Position numbers and translations under genes: made by a program
In this document: in pieces, positions 48,712 to 58,173 of the stretch
Layout: each line of letters starts with the position of its first letter
How positions within the stretch are numbered: the first letter of the stretch is position 1
The notes under the pieces: generated by a model
Databases searched by the model: none
Told to the model about the DNA's origin: nothing
Seen by the model: the letters and a program-made list of their open reading frames with translations, nothing else
Source of the DNA: Vicinamibacteria bacterium
GTDB taxonomy: Bacteria > Acidobacteriota > Vicinamibacteria > Marinacidobacterales > Marinacidobacteraceae
NCBI GenBank assembly: GCA_963555995.3
Contig: OY821641.1
Coordinates: 2,880,001 to 2,944,000 of the forward strand
Direction: 5' to 3'
DNA: 64,000 nucleotides

Positions 48712-51561
48712 TCAGAACCCGACGCGAGCGGTGCGGTTCCTGTCCCGTGACTGGGTGACCAGTTCGGACGCGATCTGCTCGGGGTCTTCGAGAAAGCCGA
48801 GCTTCTCAGCGCGCTCGTGGACCAGGGCGAAGTCGGCCGGGACCAGGCGCGTCAGTGTCCGCACCCGCGCCAGGCAATCGCCGCCGAAGAAGAACGTCCA
48901 GGCGCGGACGACGCGGGGTTCGTCGAGGAACTTGAAGGTCGCCCGGAAGAGGAACCGGCGGGCCACCGCCGGGTCCAGCCGGTCAGCGAGGTTCGTGGTG
49001 AAAGCGTAGGGCAGGTCGTGGGCCTCGAGCTGGCTCAGCATCTCGTTCACGTGGCTGATCTCCCAGTTGCGGTGGGCGCCGCGCCGGTCGGCGAGGAAGG
49101 AGTCCGCCTCGTCAATGATGAGGAAGCTGCCCGTCGCGCGCGCCTCGGCGAAGGCCCCCGCGATCTGCTGCTCGGTCTCCCCGATGTATGGGGTCATCAG
49201 TTCGGAAGCGCGCTTCGTCAGAGGATCGAGACCAATCCGCTTCGCAAGCTGCTTTGCGTACTCGGATTTGCCGCTCCCGGACGGACCGTCGAGCAGGATC
49301 CCCAGCCGGCGGCGGCCGATCTTCACGATGCGTTCGGTCAAGGCGGCGATATCCGGCTCGGCGTGGACCAGGGAGAAGTCGTACTTTTCCACCGCCTTCG
49401 CCTCGGCCGTCCGCTTCCCGCGCAGGAGCCGGGCCTTCTCCCGAACGGCGCGCCGCGCCGCATCCGCTCCCCCGCCCGAGAGCGTGGCCACGAGACCGGC
49501 ATTCCGGACCTGCCGCGGCGTGACGCGGCGGTCGGCGGCAAGTTCGTCCGCGACGGCGTCCAGGTCCGCCGAGCCGCCCGCGGCCAGCAGCTTCCGGAAC
49601 ATCGCGACCCGACGGTCCCGGGGCACGTGCTGGAACTCCAGCGAGTAGGTGAGACGGTCGAGAAAATAGGGGAGGTAGCGGCGGAGGTCGCGGATCGAGT
49701 TTGCGGTGAACAGCAGTGGCACCCGGCTCTTCTCCACCAGTCCGTTGAGCCACTGTTTGCACTCGGAGAACGCGAAATCCTCCAACTCGTCGAAAAGGAT
49801 CACGGCATCGGGCTCGTCCGTCAGCGCCTCGACGGCGTATTCGAGACTCACACGCCGCGGTACCGGAAGGCGCGACTCGGGACCGTGTTCCCGTTCTCCA
49901 ACCGAATAGAGCGTGGCCCCGGTCTCCGCGGCGAGGGTTCGGCAGAACTCGGTCTTGCCGCACCCGGGAGGGCCGTAGGCCAGGAAGGCAATCCCGCGAC
50001 CTTCGGGACGGCCGTCCCTTCGCGCGGAAAGCGCCTCCGTGAACACGCGGCGGAAGTCGTCGGCGCTCTGACCGAGATGCCCGAAGGCATCCCAGCGAAG
50101 GTCGGCGCCGACCGGCGCCCCCAGGCGCGGCCGGCGGATGTGGGTCGAGACGGTCCGCTCGTGGCGTTCGGCGAAGCGGAAGAGGTCCTCCGGGGAACCC
50201 TGAATCAACGACGTGGAACGAATGGCGCGTTCGATGATGCCGGGCGGGCACTCCAGCTCGTCGGCCAGACGGACGGCAAGCGGTTCCAGTGCCTTACCCC
50301 GCACGCTCTCGATCCCGGAGTTCGTCAGCATCCGGCGCACCACCGAGCGGCGCCGGGTGGGACTGTGCGCCTTGAAGTGAATCGTCAGATCAAAGCGGCG
50401 GAGCATCGCCTCGTCGAACCGGGAGAGGTCGTTACCGGTGAACACGACGGGAACGGCGGCGTTCTCCAGCAGGCCGTGGTTTTCCCGGCGGCCGCCGTCG
50501 CTGGACGACAACACGTCCTCCACCTCGTCGCACAGGATGGCCGCGCCGGGTTCGCTGCTGAGCAGCGCGAGCGCCATCCGGAGGCGGTTCCGTTTGTCCG
50601 CCGAGCGGTCCATCCGGCGATCGGTCCGCTCCTCCTTCCAGACGCCGCCGGGCTCGGGCTCGCAGAGGTCGTAGAGGCGGCCTCCGCACTCGCGGACCAG
50701 CGTCTTCGCGAATTCCGTCTTGCCGGTGCCTGCCCGGCCGTAGAAGAGCAGGCGGACGCTTTCGCGGGACTTGTTCGCGGCGGTGAGGAGACGGACCGCG
50801 TCCTCCCGGGCGTTGAGGTGGTCGAACGCTTCCATCTCCAGGAGCGGCTCCGGCGCGGGTGGCACCAGGCGCTCCCGGAGCTCCCCTTCATCGGCGACCG
50901 GGGGCCGGTAAACGCAATCGAACCAGCCCTCCACGTAGTCGTCGGGCTGCGCCCCGTTTCGGCTCCAGTTCCCGGCGTCGGCGATGCCGACCTCCGTCAG
51001 CCGGCGCAGCGATTTCTCGACGCGGCCCCGGGAAGTCCCGAGCAGGACCGCGCTCGCCTCCAGCGGATCGCCCAGGGCATCCTTCACGGTGTCCCAGAGA
51101 TTCTCCACCGGCGACCTGCGGTCGTCGTAGAGGCGCGCGAGCTCGAGGAGCGGGCCGCACGCCTCGTCAAGCTGGAAGCGGCGCACCGCGAGCGCCGTGG
51201 CGCGCGCCTCGGCCCCTGCGGCGGGTGGCTCGGCGACGGACCGCTCCACGGCGTCGGCCGCCCAGGCCAGGAACTCCTTTGCCTGTTCGCGCGCGGGCGC
51301 CCGGCCGTTGCCGGTCGCGCGCCGGCGGCGGGGGCGTTTCCGCCGGCCTCCGAAGGCGAAGTGGGGGTCGCCCTCGTCCACGTCGTCGAGGCCCGACTCC
51401 CGGAACTTCACCGCCAGGAATCCGGCACCCACCATCTCGAGTTCGTCCTCGCTGGCCCCGATCCAGCCAAGGAGCTTCGTTGCGAGCGGCTTGTCCCGCA
51501 GGGCGCGGTGGAGCGCGGCCATCAGGTAGCCGCGGGTCAGGAAACGGTCGTACTTCTTCAA
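48712..51561 (-). CDS. AAA+ ATPase with three AAA modules
   Basis: Walker A GRAGTGKT, GPPGCGKT, GPSGSGKS; Walker B ILCDE, ILFDE, LIIDE. Confidence 0.9.
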   Translation of the reverse strand: MKKYDRFLTRGYLMAALHRALRDKPLATKLLGWIGASEDELEMVGAGFLAVKFRESGLDDVDEGDPHFAFGGRRKRPRRRRATGNGRAPAREQAKEFLAWAADAVERSVAEPPAAGAEARATALAVRRFQLDEACGPLLELARLYDDRRSPVENLWDTVKDALGDPLEASAVLLGTSRGRVEKSLRRLTEVGIADAGNWSRNGAQPDDYVEGWFDCVYRPPVADEGELRERLVPPAPEPLLEMEAFDHLNAREDAVRLLTAANKSRESVRLLFYGRAGTGKTEFAKTLVRECGGRLYDLCEPEPGGVWKEERTDRRMDRSADKRNRLRMALALLSSEPGAAILCDEVEDVLSSSDGGRRENHGLLENAAVPVVFTGNDLSRFDEAMLRRFDLTIHFKAHSPTRRRSVVRRMLTNSGIESVRGKALEPLAVRLADELECPPGIIERAIRSTSLIQGSPEDLFRFAERHERTVSTHIRRPRLGAPVGADLRWDAFGHLGQSADDFRRVFTEALSARRDGRPEGRGIAFLAYGPPGCGKTEFCRTLAAETGATLYSVGEREHGPESRLPVPRRVSLEYAVEALTDEPDAVILFDELEDFAFSECKQWLNGLVEKSRVPLLFTANSIRDLRRYLPYFLDRLTYSLEFQHVPRDRRVAMFRKLLAAGGSADLDAVADELAADRRVTPRQVRNAGLVATLSGGGADAARRAVREKARLLRGKRTAEAKAVEKYDFSLVHAEPDIAALTERIVKIGRRRLGILLDGPSGSGKSEYAKQLAKRIGLDPLTKRASELMTPYIGETEQQIAGAFAEARATGSFLIIDEADSFLADRRGAHRNWEISHVNEMLSQLEAHDLPYAFTTNLADRLDPAVARRFLFRATFKFLDEPRVVRAWTFFFGGDCLARVRTLTRLVPADFALVHERAEKLGFLEDPEQIASELVTQSRDRNRTARVGF

Positions 51562-51691
51562 CGATTCTCTTCTCCTCGTTCGAAAAAGGGGACGCTAAAC
51601 GCGGGGCACGCCATTTCCTGTCACTTTTCGAATGAGGTCCTGACATCCCGCCACACTCAAGGCGCCACCGATCCGGGAATCCGACTCTGCC

Positions 51692-51972
51692 GTGCCGGCT
51701 GAAGCCGGCGTTCCAAGCCGTACGCACCGCCCTGCGCGAGCGGCGCTGCGCCGTGCGCGGCGCAGAGCGCCGCGCGTGCCGATCTGGAGATCGGCGTTCC
51801 AAGCCGGTGCGTGATCCGAGCGGGCAGCGGCACGCGGTTTCGCCCGCCTCTGGCGGGCGGTGCCGGCCTGAAGGCCGGCGGTCCCGGGGACGCGCCGTGA
51901 AGATGGGTGGAGTTGCGACGGGCGTGGCGCGGGGCGACGGGCGTGCCGGTCTGGAGACCGGCGGTCCAGGGC
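51692..51972. repeat. Cluster of four family B REP variants
   Basis: GTGCCGGCTGAAGCCGGCGTTCCAAGCC and related copies. Confidence 0.8.
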
Positions 51973-51988
51973 CGGTGCGCCGTTCGGG

Positions 51989-54673
51989 TTAGAAGCTCGG
52001 GGCGAAGAGGACGGCGTTCATGAAGAGGCGGGTGAGGCCGTCCCAGAAGAGGCGGAAGTTGGGGTCGTCGAGGAACAGGACGACGCGGCCGGAACCGACC
52101 CGCTCGGTGACCAGATAGGGCGTGCCGGCGATGCGGGCGAGCGAGTCGGGGAAGGCGAAGCCGCTGCCGAGGAGTTCGTCCGGATCGTCGGGGAAACGGA
52201 CCGCGGCGGCGACGGCCGGGTTGGGCTCGAAGGCGAGGCTCGACCAGACCATCACCGGAAACGGCTCCTCGTAGCCGAAGCTCAGGAAGCTCTCCGGGTT
52301 GGGAAGGGCGCGGAGGATGGCGCCGGGGATCGGCTCGGCGGGCTGCCCGGTTTCTTCCGCATCCGGTGAGGGATCATCGGGGCGGCCGCCGTCGGTCATG
52401 AAGGCCGATTTCGAGGTGAATCCGGGCTTGAGCCGGGTCCGGGTCCAGGAGACGTCCGCTCCGGCGAGCCACGCCGAAGCGCCCCGCATGGCGATGAGCA
52501 CCCCGCCCCGGTCCGTCCACTCCGCCAGGTGGTCGAGAACCGGCCTCGCGCGGGGGTCGCCGTCCGGGTCCGGATACCTGCCGTCCGGGAGGATGAGGAC
52601 CCGGTAGCCGCGGAGATCGGTAGCGGCGAGCCGGTCCCACGAGAGCGCGGTGAACGGCAGGCCGAACCGGCGCTCGAAGAGATACCAGGGGCTGCCGTAG
52701 GCGGACGGGCGCACCGGGCCGCCCATCACCATGGCGATGCGCCCCCCGGCGACCTGGACGAACCGGTCCGATCCGAGGTGGGGACCGGAAGCGGTCAGCG
52801 GACCGTCCACCCCGAGGACCCGGGCCCCGGTCGCCGCCAGCCCGGTGAGCCCGGAACGTAGCGCCGGAAGGTCCGGCGCCTCACCGGCGAAGACCAGCAG
52901 GGCGCCGCGGCCGAAGCTCTCGGCACCGGTCTCGAATGCAGCGGTGGCCACCCGGAACGGGACGCCCTCCTCACCGAGCCACGCGGCGGCGCGGACCGCG
53001 TGATCGGTGTCCCCCGCGATGAGGAACCCATAGTCCGCGTCCCGGTTCCTGAACTCTCCCCTCGTGGGCGGCGGATCGGCGACCGGGTCCTCCAGGGACA
53101 CCGCCTCGGAGGCGGCGGGCGGCGGCAGGTCGGCCGTGCCGACTGTCCAGCCGTTCAGCCGGTAGGTGAGCGGGACGGACCAGCCGGTGATGTCGTAGAA
53201 GGCGTCGGCGCTGGTCCAGATGTCCGGATGGCCGAAGGAGGGATCGGAGCGGCGCTCGCGGTGCTCGTCCACATAGTCGAGGAACTCCTCGCTGAAGCGC
53301 GCGTCCTGTTCGACCAGCACCTGCAGCAGCCGGCCTTCCGGTTGGGCGCCGGGAACCACCAGGCTCCCCGGCGGAAGCGTGATCTCGGAGGCCGGGCCGC
53401 CGCGCGGGAACATGGGACGGGCGGCCCGCACCGTCACCTCGGATGACGTGCGCCGCACCTCGATGCCGTTCCGGAGCAATACCCCGCGCACGGCGTCGAG
53501 CCGCGCCGGATCGGACGCGCCCGAGAGCAGCCATCCACCGGGACGCTCGCCTTCGTCCAACGCTTCCCGCCGGTAGGCCAGGTAGTCACGGAGCCGCCGC
53601 TCCCGGTGGGCCGCGGTGAGCGCCAGCACGCTCCGGCCGGCGATCAGGTGCTGTTCGATCCCGTCCCGCAGCGTGTATTCGCCCCCTCCGGCGCGGGCCA
53701 GGCGCAACCCGCGCCAGCCGCCGCCGGTCGTCTCCAGCGTGAAACCGATGGAGCCAGTGAAGTTCGGCAGCGTGTCCCAGTAGCCCGGGTCGAACTGCCC
53801 GAACTCCCACGGCGCGTACGGGAAGCCCTCCGACGCGAAGTCGGCGGCCATGGCCCGGCCGTACTCGACGAGCCAGTCGCGCTGGTTCGCGGTGAGCACG
53901 GTGTGGAGGGGTTCGGCCATCCAGGGGCCGATGAACGAGTCGGTCTCGCCGTGGTGGTCCACGAACACCATCGGCCGGGTGTCGAGGTAGACCCGGACCA
54001 GCGCCCGGTTCTCGGGCTGGGTGCTCCAGACCGAATCCCGGTTCAGGTTGATCTGGTAGTGGTTGTTGTTCGTGGAGAGGCCCCACGGGGCGCGGTGCTC
54101 GACGGCGTTCGGGTCCGGGTCGCCGTCCGGCCAGCGGGCGGTCGCCTTGAACCAGGCCGCGAAACGCTCGTGGCTGTCCGGGTTCGAGGCGGGAACGACG
54201 TACACCACGAGTTCCTCGAGCAGCTTGTCGTGACGGCCGGACAGCAGTTCCCACGCCATCCAGAGCGCCGCCTCGAAGGCGGCGGACTCGTTGCCGTCGT
54301 TCCCGTAGTTGAGGAAGACCCCGGCGGGGGTGCGCGCGATGACCGCTTCGGCTTCGTCCGCGGCGAGCCCGCGCGGGTCGGCGAGGCGCCGGGTGTCGCG
54401 CTGGATGTCCTCCAGACGGGCGAGGTTGTCGGGCGAGCTGACGGTCAGCAGGATCAGCTCGCGGTGCTCGAAGGTCTCGCCGAAACTGGAGATCCGGAGA
54501 CGCGGCGAGTCCTCGATGGCGTCGAGGTAGCGGTAGAGGCCGCCGTAGTCGGTGACGGAGCCCCCCATCGGATAGCCGAGGACGTCCTCGGGAGAGGGAA
54601 CCTGGGCGACGGCAGTCGACACCGCGGCGAGAAGGCCCAGCAGACCCCCGAACCAGGGGAGACGGATGCGCAA
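51989..54673 (-). CDS. Secreted M14 zinc carboxypeptidase-like protein with a C-terminal GATase-like domain (TTG start inferred)
   Basis: Signal peptide; SNPD, NHYQINLNRD, VDHHG, YDITGWSVPL, DDPNFR. Confidence 0.82.
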   Translation of the reverse strand: MRIRLPWFGGLLGLLAAVSTAVAQVPSPEDVLGYPMGGSVTDYGGLYRYLDAIEDSPRLRISSFGETFEHRELILLTVSSPDNLARLEDIQRDTRRLADPRGLAADEAEAVIARTPAGVFLNYGNDGNESAAFEAALWMAWELLSGRHDKLLEELVVYVVPASNPDSHERFAAWFKATARWPDGDPDPNAVEHRAPWGLSTNNNHYQINLNRDSVWSTQPENRALVRVYLDTRPMVFVDHHGETDSFIGPWMAEPLHTVLTANQRDWLVEYGRAMAADFASEGFPYAPWEFGQFDPGYWDTLPNFTGSIGFTLETTGGGWRGLRLARAGGGEYTLRDGIEQHLIAGRSVLALTAAHRERRLRDYLAYRREALDEGERPGGWLLSGASDPARLDAVRGVLLRNGIEVRRTSSEVTVRAARPMFPRGGPASEITLPPGSLVVPGAQPEGRLLQVLVEQDARFSEEFLDYVDEHRERRSDPSFGHPDIWTSADAFYDITGWSVPLTYRLNGWTVGTADLPPPAASEAVSLEDPVADPPPTRGEFRNRDADYGFLIAGDTDHAVRAAAWLGEEGVPFRVATAAFETGAESFGRGALLVFAGEAPDLPALRSGLTGLAATGARVLGVDGPLTASGPHLGSDRFVQVAGGRIAMVMGGPVRPSAYGSPWYLFERRFGLPFTALSWDRLAATDLRGYRVLILPDGRYPDPDGDPRARPVLDHLAEWTDRGGVLIAMRGASAWLAGADVSWTRTRLKPGFTSKSAFMTDGGRPDDPSPDAEETGQPAEPIPGAILRALPNPESFLSFGYEEPFPVMVWSSLAFEPNPAVAAAVRFPDDPDELLGSGFAFPDSLARIAGTPYLVTERVGSGRVVLFLDDPNFRLFWDGLTRLFMNAVLFAPSF

Positions 54674-54794
54674 GAAACCGACTATAGTGGCCAGCCCGCC
54701 AGCGCCGGAAGGACGTTGCGTTTCGGACCTGTCAGCGTGACGTTCAGGCACTGCGGAAGACGGTCCAGAGGAACCCGAGCGAAGGAGTGAGTCC

Positions 54795-56156
54795 ATGTCA
54801 GAAGGAATCTGGTTGAACCGCAGGGCGTTTCTGAAGGGCGCCGGCGCGACCGCGCTCGCGGGCGCGGCGACGTCGGGAACCTCGCTGCTCCACCCGGTGA
54901 CGGCGGGAGCCGCGGTGCAGGACGGGTCCGGCCAATTCGACTTCGACACGCCCTACGACCGGCTCGGCACCGACTGCTCCAAGTGGGACACCATCATCGA
55001 GCGGTACGGCGCGGAGAACATCCAGGTGGCGATGGGCGTCGCCGACATGGACTTCAAGTGCGCCCCGGTCATCACCGAGGCCCTGATGGACCGGGTGAAG
55101 CACGAGAACTGGGGCTACCTCAAGATGCCGGAGGACTTCTTCCCGGCCATCCTCGACTGGAACCGGACGCGCCACGGGCTGGAGATCAATCCGGACCTGA
55201 TGGCGCTCTCCGACGGCGTCCACCCGGCGCTGATCGCGGCGCTCAAGGCGTTCGCGCGGCCCGGCAGCCGGGTGCTCCTGACGACCTCGACCTACAGCGG
55301 CTTCTACACCGACCTGCGCGAGTCCCACACGCTCGCGGAAGAGAGTCCGCTGATCATTGACAACGGGGTCCACCGGCTGGACTTTGACGACCTCGAGTCG
55401 CGGATCTCGCAGGAGACCGACGCGCTGATCCTCTGCAACCCGCAAAACCCCACCGGGAACTGCTGGTCGCCGGAAGACCTCATGCGGCTGGGCCAACTGT
55501 GCCTCGAGCGCCGGGTGGTGGTGCTGGCCGACGAGATCCACTGCGACTTCGTCACCAAGGGGCAGAAGTACACGCCCTTCGCCACCCTGCCCGACAAGGC
55601 GGTGGTGGACAACAGCGTCACCTTCCAGTCGGGGAGCAAGACGTTCAGCCTCGCCGCCATGAAGGTCGCCTGGTTCCACTCCACCAATCCCGAGTACTTC
55701 CAGAAGGTCCAGGATCAGCACATGGCGCAGACCAACACGCTCGGCGTGGTGGCGCACCATGCGGCGCTCCGAGGCGGCGCGGAGTGGCTCGACCAGTTGC
55801 TGGTCTATCTCGACGGCAACCACGATCTCGTCGAGCAGTACCTCCGCGAGAAGGTCCCGCAGGTCCAGTACTCAAAGGCGCAGGGCACCTACCTCGCCTG
55901 GCTGGACGTGTCGCAGGTCGCCGAGACGATCGGCGCGGCCGAGAAGGCCGCGGCGGCCACCGAGACCGAGGAAGAGGAGGTGACGCCGGAGGACATCGTG
56001 GTCCGCTGGCTGGTCGAGAACGCCGGCGTGTACACCAACCCGGGGTCGAACTACGGCCCGGGCGGCGAGGGCTGGGTCCGCATGAACCTCGGCACGTCGC
56101 GGCAGTTGATCCAGGTAGCGCTCGACAACATCGCGGAGGCGATGAACAGCCTCTAG
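54795..56156 (+). CDS. MalY/PatB-type PLP C-S lyase/aminotransferase with a Tat signal
   Basis: NRRAFLK; MGVADMDF, LCNPQNPTG, ADEIHCD, SGSKTFSLA, GTYLAWLD, RMN. Confidence 0.9.
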   Translation: MSEGIWLNRRAFLKGAGATALAGAATSGTSLLHPVTAGAAVQDGSGQFDFDTPYDRLGTDCSKWDTIIERYGAENIQVAMGVADMDFKCAPVITEALMDRVKHENWGYLKMPEDFFPAILDWNRTRHGLEINPDLMALSDGVHPALIAALKAFARPGSRVLLTTSTYSGFYTDLRESHTLAEESPLIIDNGVHRLDFDDLESRISQETDALILCNPQNPTGNCWSPEDLMRLGQLCLERRVVVLADEIHCDFVTKGQKYTPFATLPDKAVVDNSVTFQSGSKTFSLAAMKVAWFHSTNPEYFQKVQDQHMAQTNTLGVVAHHAALRGGAEWLDQLLVYLDGNHDLVEQYLREKVPQVQYSKAQGTYLAWLDVSQVAETIGAAEKAAAATETEEEEVTPEDIVVRWLVENAGVYTNPGSNYGPGGEGWVRMNLGTSRQLIQVALDNIAEAMNSL

Positions 56157-56162
56157 CGGCGG

Positions 56163-56438
56163 GTGCGACGACGCGACTTCGCGGCGCTTGCCGCGGCGAG
56201 CACTGCCGGCGCCCTGTGGCAACAGGCGTGCGCCGAGGTCGAGGACACCGGCGAGCTCTCCGCTGAAACGGTGGGCACCCTGCTGGACCACCAGGGGCCG
56301 CGAGGGATCTACGACGATCCGGCCGAACTCGAACGGCTCCGCCGGGCGGTCGAGAACATGATCGGCGTGCAACGGACGCTGCGGGAATTCCCGCTCGATC
56401 CCGACGAACCGCCCCTCACCATCTTTCGCCGGGGCTGA
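56163..56438 (+). CDS. Small protein with a Tat-like signal, upstream of the amidase
   Basis: MRRRDFAALAAAS...; ends LREFPLDPDEPPLTIF; 3 bp gap to the amidase. Confidence 0.7.
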   Translation: MRRRDFAALAAASTAGALWQQACAEVEDTGELSAETVGTLLDHQGPRGIYDDPAELERLRRAVENMIGVQRTLREFPLDPDEPPLTIFRRG

Positions 56439-56441
56439 GCC

Positions 56442-57917
56442 ATGGCAGTCGAGGAAGGGACCTTTTTCCTCACGGTCTCCGAGCTGGCGGCCGGACTCCG
56501 GAACCGGTCGTTCAGTTCCGTCGAGTTGACCCGTGCCTACCTCGACCGCGCCGAGGAACTGGACGTCCCCCCGTTCGACCTCCCGAGCGAGCCGCGCGAA
56601 GACCACCAGGGGAAGCTGGCCACCATGGTCACGATCGCCCGCGACCACGCCCTCGATGCCGCCGAGCGCGCCGACCGCGAGCTGGCGGCCGGTGACGCGC
56701 GCAGCGTCCTGCACGGGCTTCCCTACGGAGTGAAGGACCTGCTCGATACCCGCGGCGTCCGCACGACGTGGGGTTCCGGCATCTTCCGGGACCGCGTGCC
56801 GGACCGGAACGCCGCGGTGGTGGACCGGCTGGAGGAAGCCGGCGCGGTGATGATGGCCAAGAACTCGCTCGGCGAGTTCGCCGGCGGGAACACCAGCTCG
56901 GCGCTCAACCCCTGGAAGCTGGACCGGACGAGTTTCGGTTCGTCCAGCGGGACGGTTTCGGCCGCCGTGGCGGGCCTGATCGGATTCGGGATCGGCACCG
57001 AGACCGGCGGCTCCATCGTTTTCCCCGCCTCGGCGGTCGGCGCCTCGGGGCTCCGTCCCACCTTCGGGCGCGTGAGCCGGTTCGGCTGCATGGCGCTCTC
57101 CTGGAGCCTCGACAAGATCGGCCCGGTGGGCCGGTCCGCGGAGGACTGCGGCCACGTGCTGGAGGTGATCGCCGGCCGGGACGCCCGGGACACCTCGACG
57201 GCGGACCGCCCGTTCGTCTTCCGCGCGGACCCGGGTTCGATGCGCGGCCGGCGGCTCGGCGTCCATCGCCCCGAGTTCCTGCTCTCCCAGTCGGAGACGA
57301 CCCGGCGGATTTTTCAGGAAGCGCTGGACGTTTTCGCGGCAATGGGCGTGGAAATCGAGGACATCGAACTGCCCCGCTTCCCCACCGGCGCGCTCTTCAC
57401 CACCATCGTCACCGTGGAGAGCGGCACGAACTTCCGGTCCCTCTTCGACGACGGCCGCGCCGCCGAGATGTTCTCGTTCAACGAGGACCGGCGCGCCGGC
57501 TGGATGGCGGGCCGGATGCTCCCCGCCAGCGACTATCTGACCGCGCAGCGGATCCGCAACCAACTCGTCCGCGAGGCCGACGAGATCGTCTCCCGCTACG
57601 ACGCCGTGATCGCGCCGACCTGGCCGAACGGGGCGGCGCTCCGGGTGGTGCGGGACGGCTGGCCGATTCCGGCCCGCAACGAGTGGGAGCCACCGGACGA
57701 CGTGAGCGGGGCCACGCCGCGCCTCAACTACATCGCGAACCTGGTCGGCCACCCCGGCCTCGCCGTCCCCTGCGGCTTCGACGAGGACGGGTTGCCGCTG
57801 TCGCTCCAGATCGTCGGCTCACCGATGGACGACCAGGCGGTCCTGGACTTCGGGATGGCCTTCCAGCGGGAAACCGACTGGCACCGGCGCCGGCCACCCT
57901 TCCCCTGGCGGGAGTAG
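56442..57917 (+). CDS. Amidase signature (GatA-like) enzyme
   Basis: GVKDL, GSSSG, GTETGGSI (Ser-cisSer-Lys triad). Confidence 0.92.
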   Translation: MAVEEGTFFLTVSELAAGLRNRSFSSVELTRAYLDRAEELDVPPFDLPSEPREDHQGKLATMVTIARDHALDAAERADRELAAGDARSVLHGLPYGVKDLLDTRGVRTTWGSGIFRDRVPDRNAAVVDRLEEAGAVMMAKNSLGEFAGGNTSSALNPWKLDRTSFGSSSGTVSAAVAGLIGFGIGTETGGSIVFPASAVGASGLRPTFGRVSRFGCMALSWSLDKIGPVGRSAEDCGHVLEVIAGRDARDTSTADRPFVFRADPGSMRGRRLGVHRPEFLLSQSETTRRIFQEALDVFAAMGVEIEDIELPRFPTGALFTTIVTVESGTNFRSLFDDGRAAEMFSFNEDRRAGWMAGRMLPASDYLTAQRIRNQLVREADEIVSRYDAVIAPTWPNGAALRVVRDGWPIPARNEWEPPDDVSGATPRLNYIANLVGHPGLAVPCGFDEDGLPLSLQIVGSPMDDQAVLDFGMAFQRETDWHRRRPPFPWRE

Positions 57918-57949
57918 CCGCCCCGCCACCCCAAGTCCATGGCGCCGCC

Positions 57950-58160
57950 GGCTTGGAACGCCGGCTTCAGCCGGCACCCGCTGCGCAGAGCGCAGCGGAA
58001 CGACGTACGCCTCCTGCCCACATGGCGCGTGGGCAGGCGAGGCGCCACGAAAGAACTGGTGGCCAGCGTTCCCCGCCTTCGTGCCATCCGGGCAGATGAG
58101 ATCCGTCCCGCCGCCCGCCTTCGGCGGGCTGTGCCGGCTGAAGCCGGCGGCCCCAGCCGG
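57950..58160. repeat. Family B inverted doublet
   Basis: Same arms and internal CCGCTGCGC..GCGCAGCGG hairpin as 19439-19604. Confidence 0.85.
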
Positions 58161-58173
58161 TGCGCCGTCCGCC

